NCBI GenBank assembly: GCA_032718475.1
Contig: JAUCBJ010000255.1
Span: forward strand, 1 to 37,849
Source: Nemertoderma westbladi
Lineage: Eukaryota; Animalia; Xenacoelomorpha
Direction of reading: 5' to 3'
DNA length: 37,849 bases
Position numbers and translations under genes: made by a program. This document shows positions 37,301 through 37,849 of the stretch, one piece after another (position 1 is the stretch's first letter; each line of letters begins with the position of its first letter). The notes under the pieces were generated by a model. The model saw only the letters and a program-made list of their open reading frames with translations, had not been told where the DNA came from and searched no databases.

Positions 37301-37849
37301 CCACAGTAAATATCACACATAAACAACCAACCTTTCTGAATCCGATGAGTTTCATGACGGCCTCCACAGTAAATATCACACATAAACAACCAACCTTTCT
37401 GAATCCGATGAGTTTCATGACGGCCTCCACAGTAAATATCACACATAAACAACCAACCTTTCTGAATCCGATGAGTTTCATGACGGCCTCCACAGTAAAT
37501 ATCACACATAAACAACCAACCTTTCTGAATCCGATGAGTTTCATGACGGCCTCCACAGTAAATATCAACCAACCTTTCTGAATCCGATGAGTTTCATGAC
37601 GGCCTCCACAGTAAATATCACACATAAACAACCAACCTTTCTGAATACGAAGAGTTTCATGACGGCCTCCACAGTAAATATCAACCAACCTTTCTGAATC
37701 CGATGAGTTTCATGACGGCCTCCACAGTAAATATCAACCAACCTTTCTGAATCCGATGAGTTTCATGACGGCCTCCACAGTAAATATCACACATAAACAA
37801 CCAACCTTTCTGAATCCGATGAGTTTCATGACGGCCTCCACAGTAAATA
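34309..37849. repeat. 53/63-bp tandem array (~60 units, continues past window) derived from the Cav2 IVS2 exon end and its splice donor
   Basis: Minus-strand unit ATATTTACTGTGGAGGCCGTCATGAAACTCATCGGATTCAGAAAG|GTTGGTTG(TTTATGTGTG) encodes IFTVEAVMKLIGFRK followed by GT. Confidence 0.93.

Noticed and set aside
34370-37688. Many 60-142 aa ORFs on both strands
   Set aside because: Products of the 63-nt (21-codon) periodicity, not independent genes. Only the IFTVEAVMKLIGFRK frame has meaning.
7358-37849. CRISPR-like appearance of 35-63 bp repeats
   Set aside because: Head-to-tail monomers with no unique spacers, no cas genes, and a spliceosomal eukaryotic context.

Overview
AT-rich animal (invertebrate-like) genomic DNA. 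The ORF track misses the main gene: a Cav2-type voltage-gated calcium channel alpha-1 gene on the minus strand. Four domain-IV exons are recovered (29631-29542, 28686-28486, 28371-28274, 7325-7121), with GT-AG sites and matching phases, and the gene runs off both window ends. Its introns are inflated by three unrelated tandem arrays (44 bp, 35 bp, 53/63 bp). The 53/63-bp array is about 60 copies of what appears to be the last ~45 nt of the channel's own IVS2 exon plus its splice donor. Long junctions read through in frame; short junctions create an immediate stop. The 44-bp array contains a 5'-truncated BEL/Pao retrotransposon inserted without a target-site duplication, itself split by a 5'-truncated CR1/L2-group LINE. 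The next intron holds an antisense, apparently single-exon TPM/MOLO-1-like membrane protein gene, a broken Gypsy element, a foldback MITE and SINE-like remnants. All family assignments come from motif recognition only; no database search was run.
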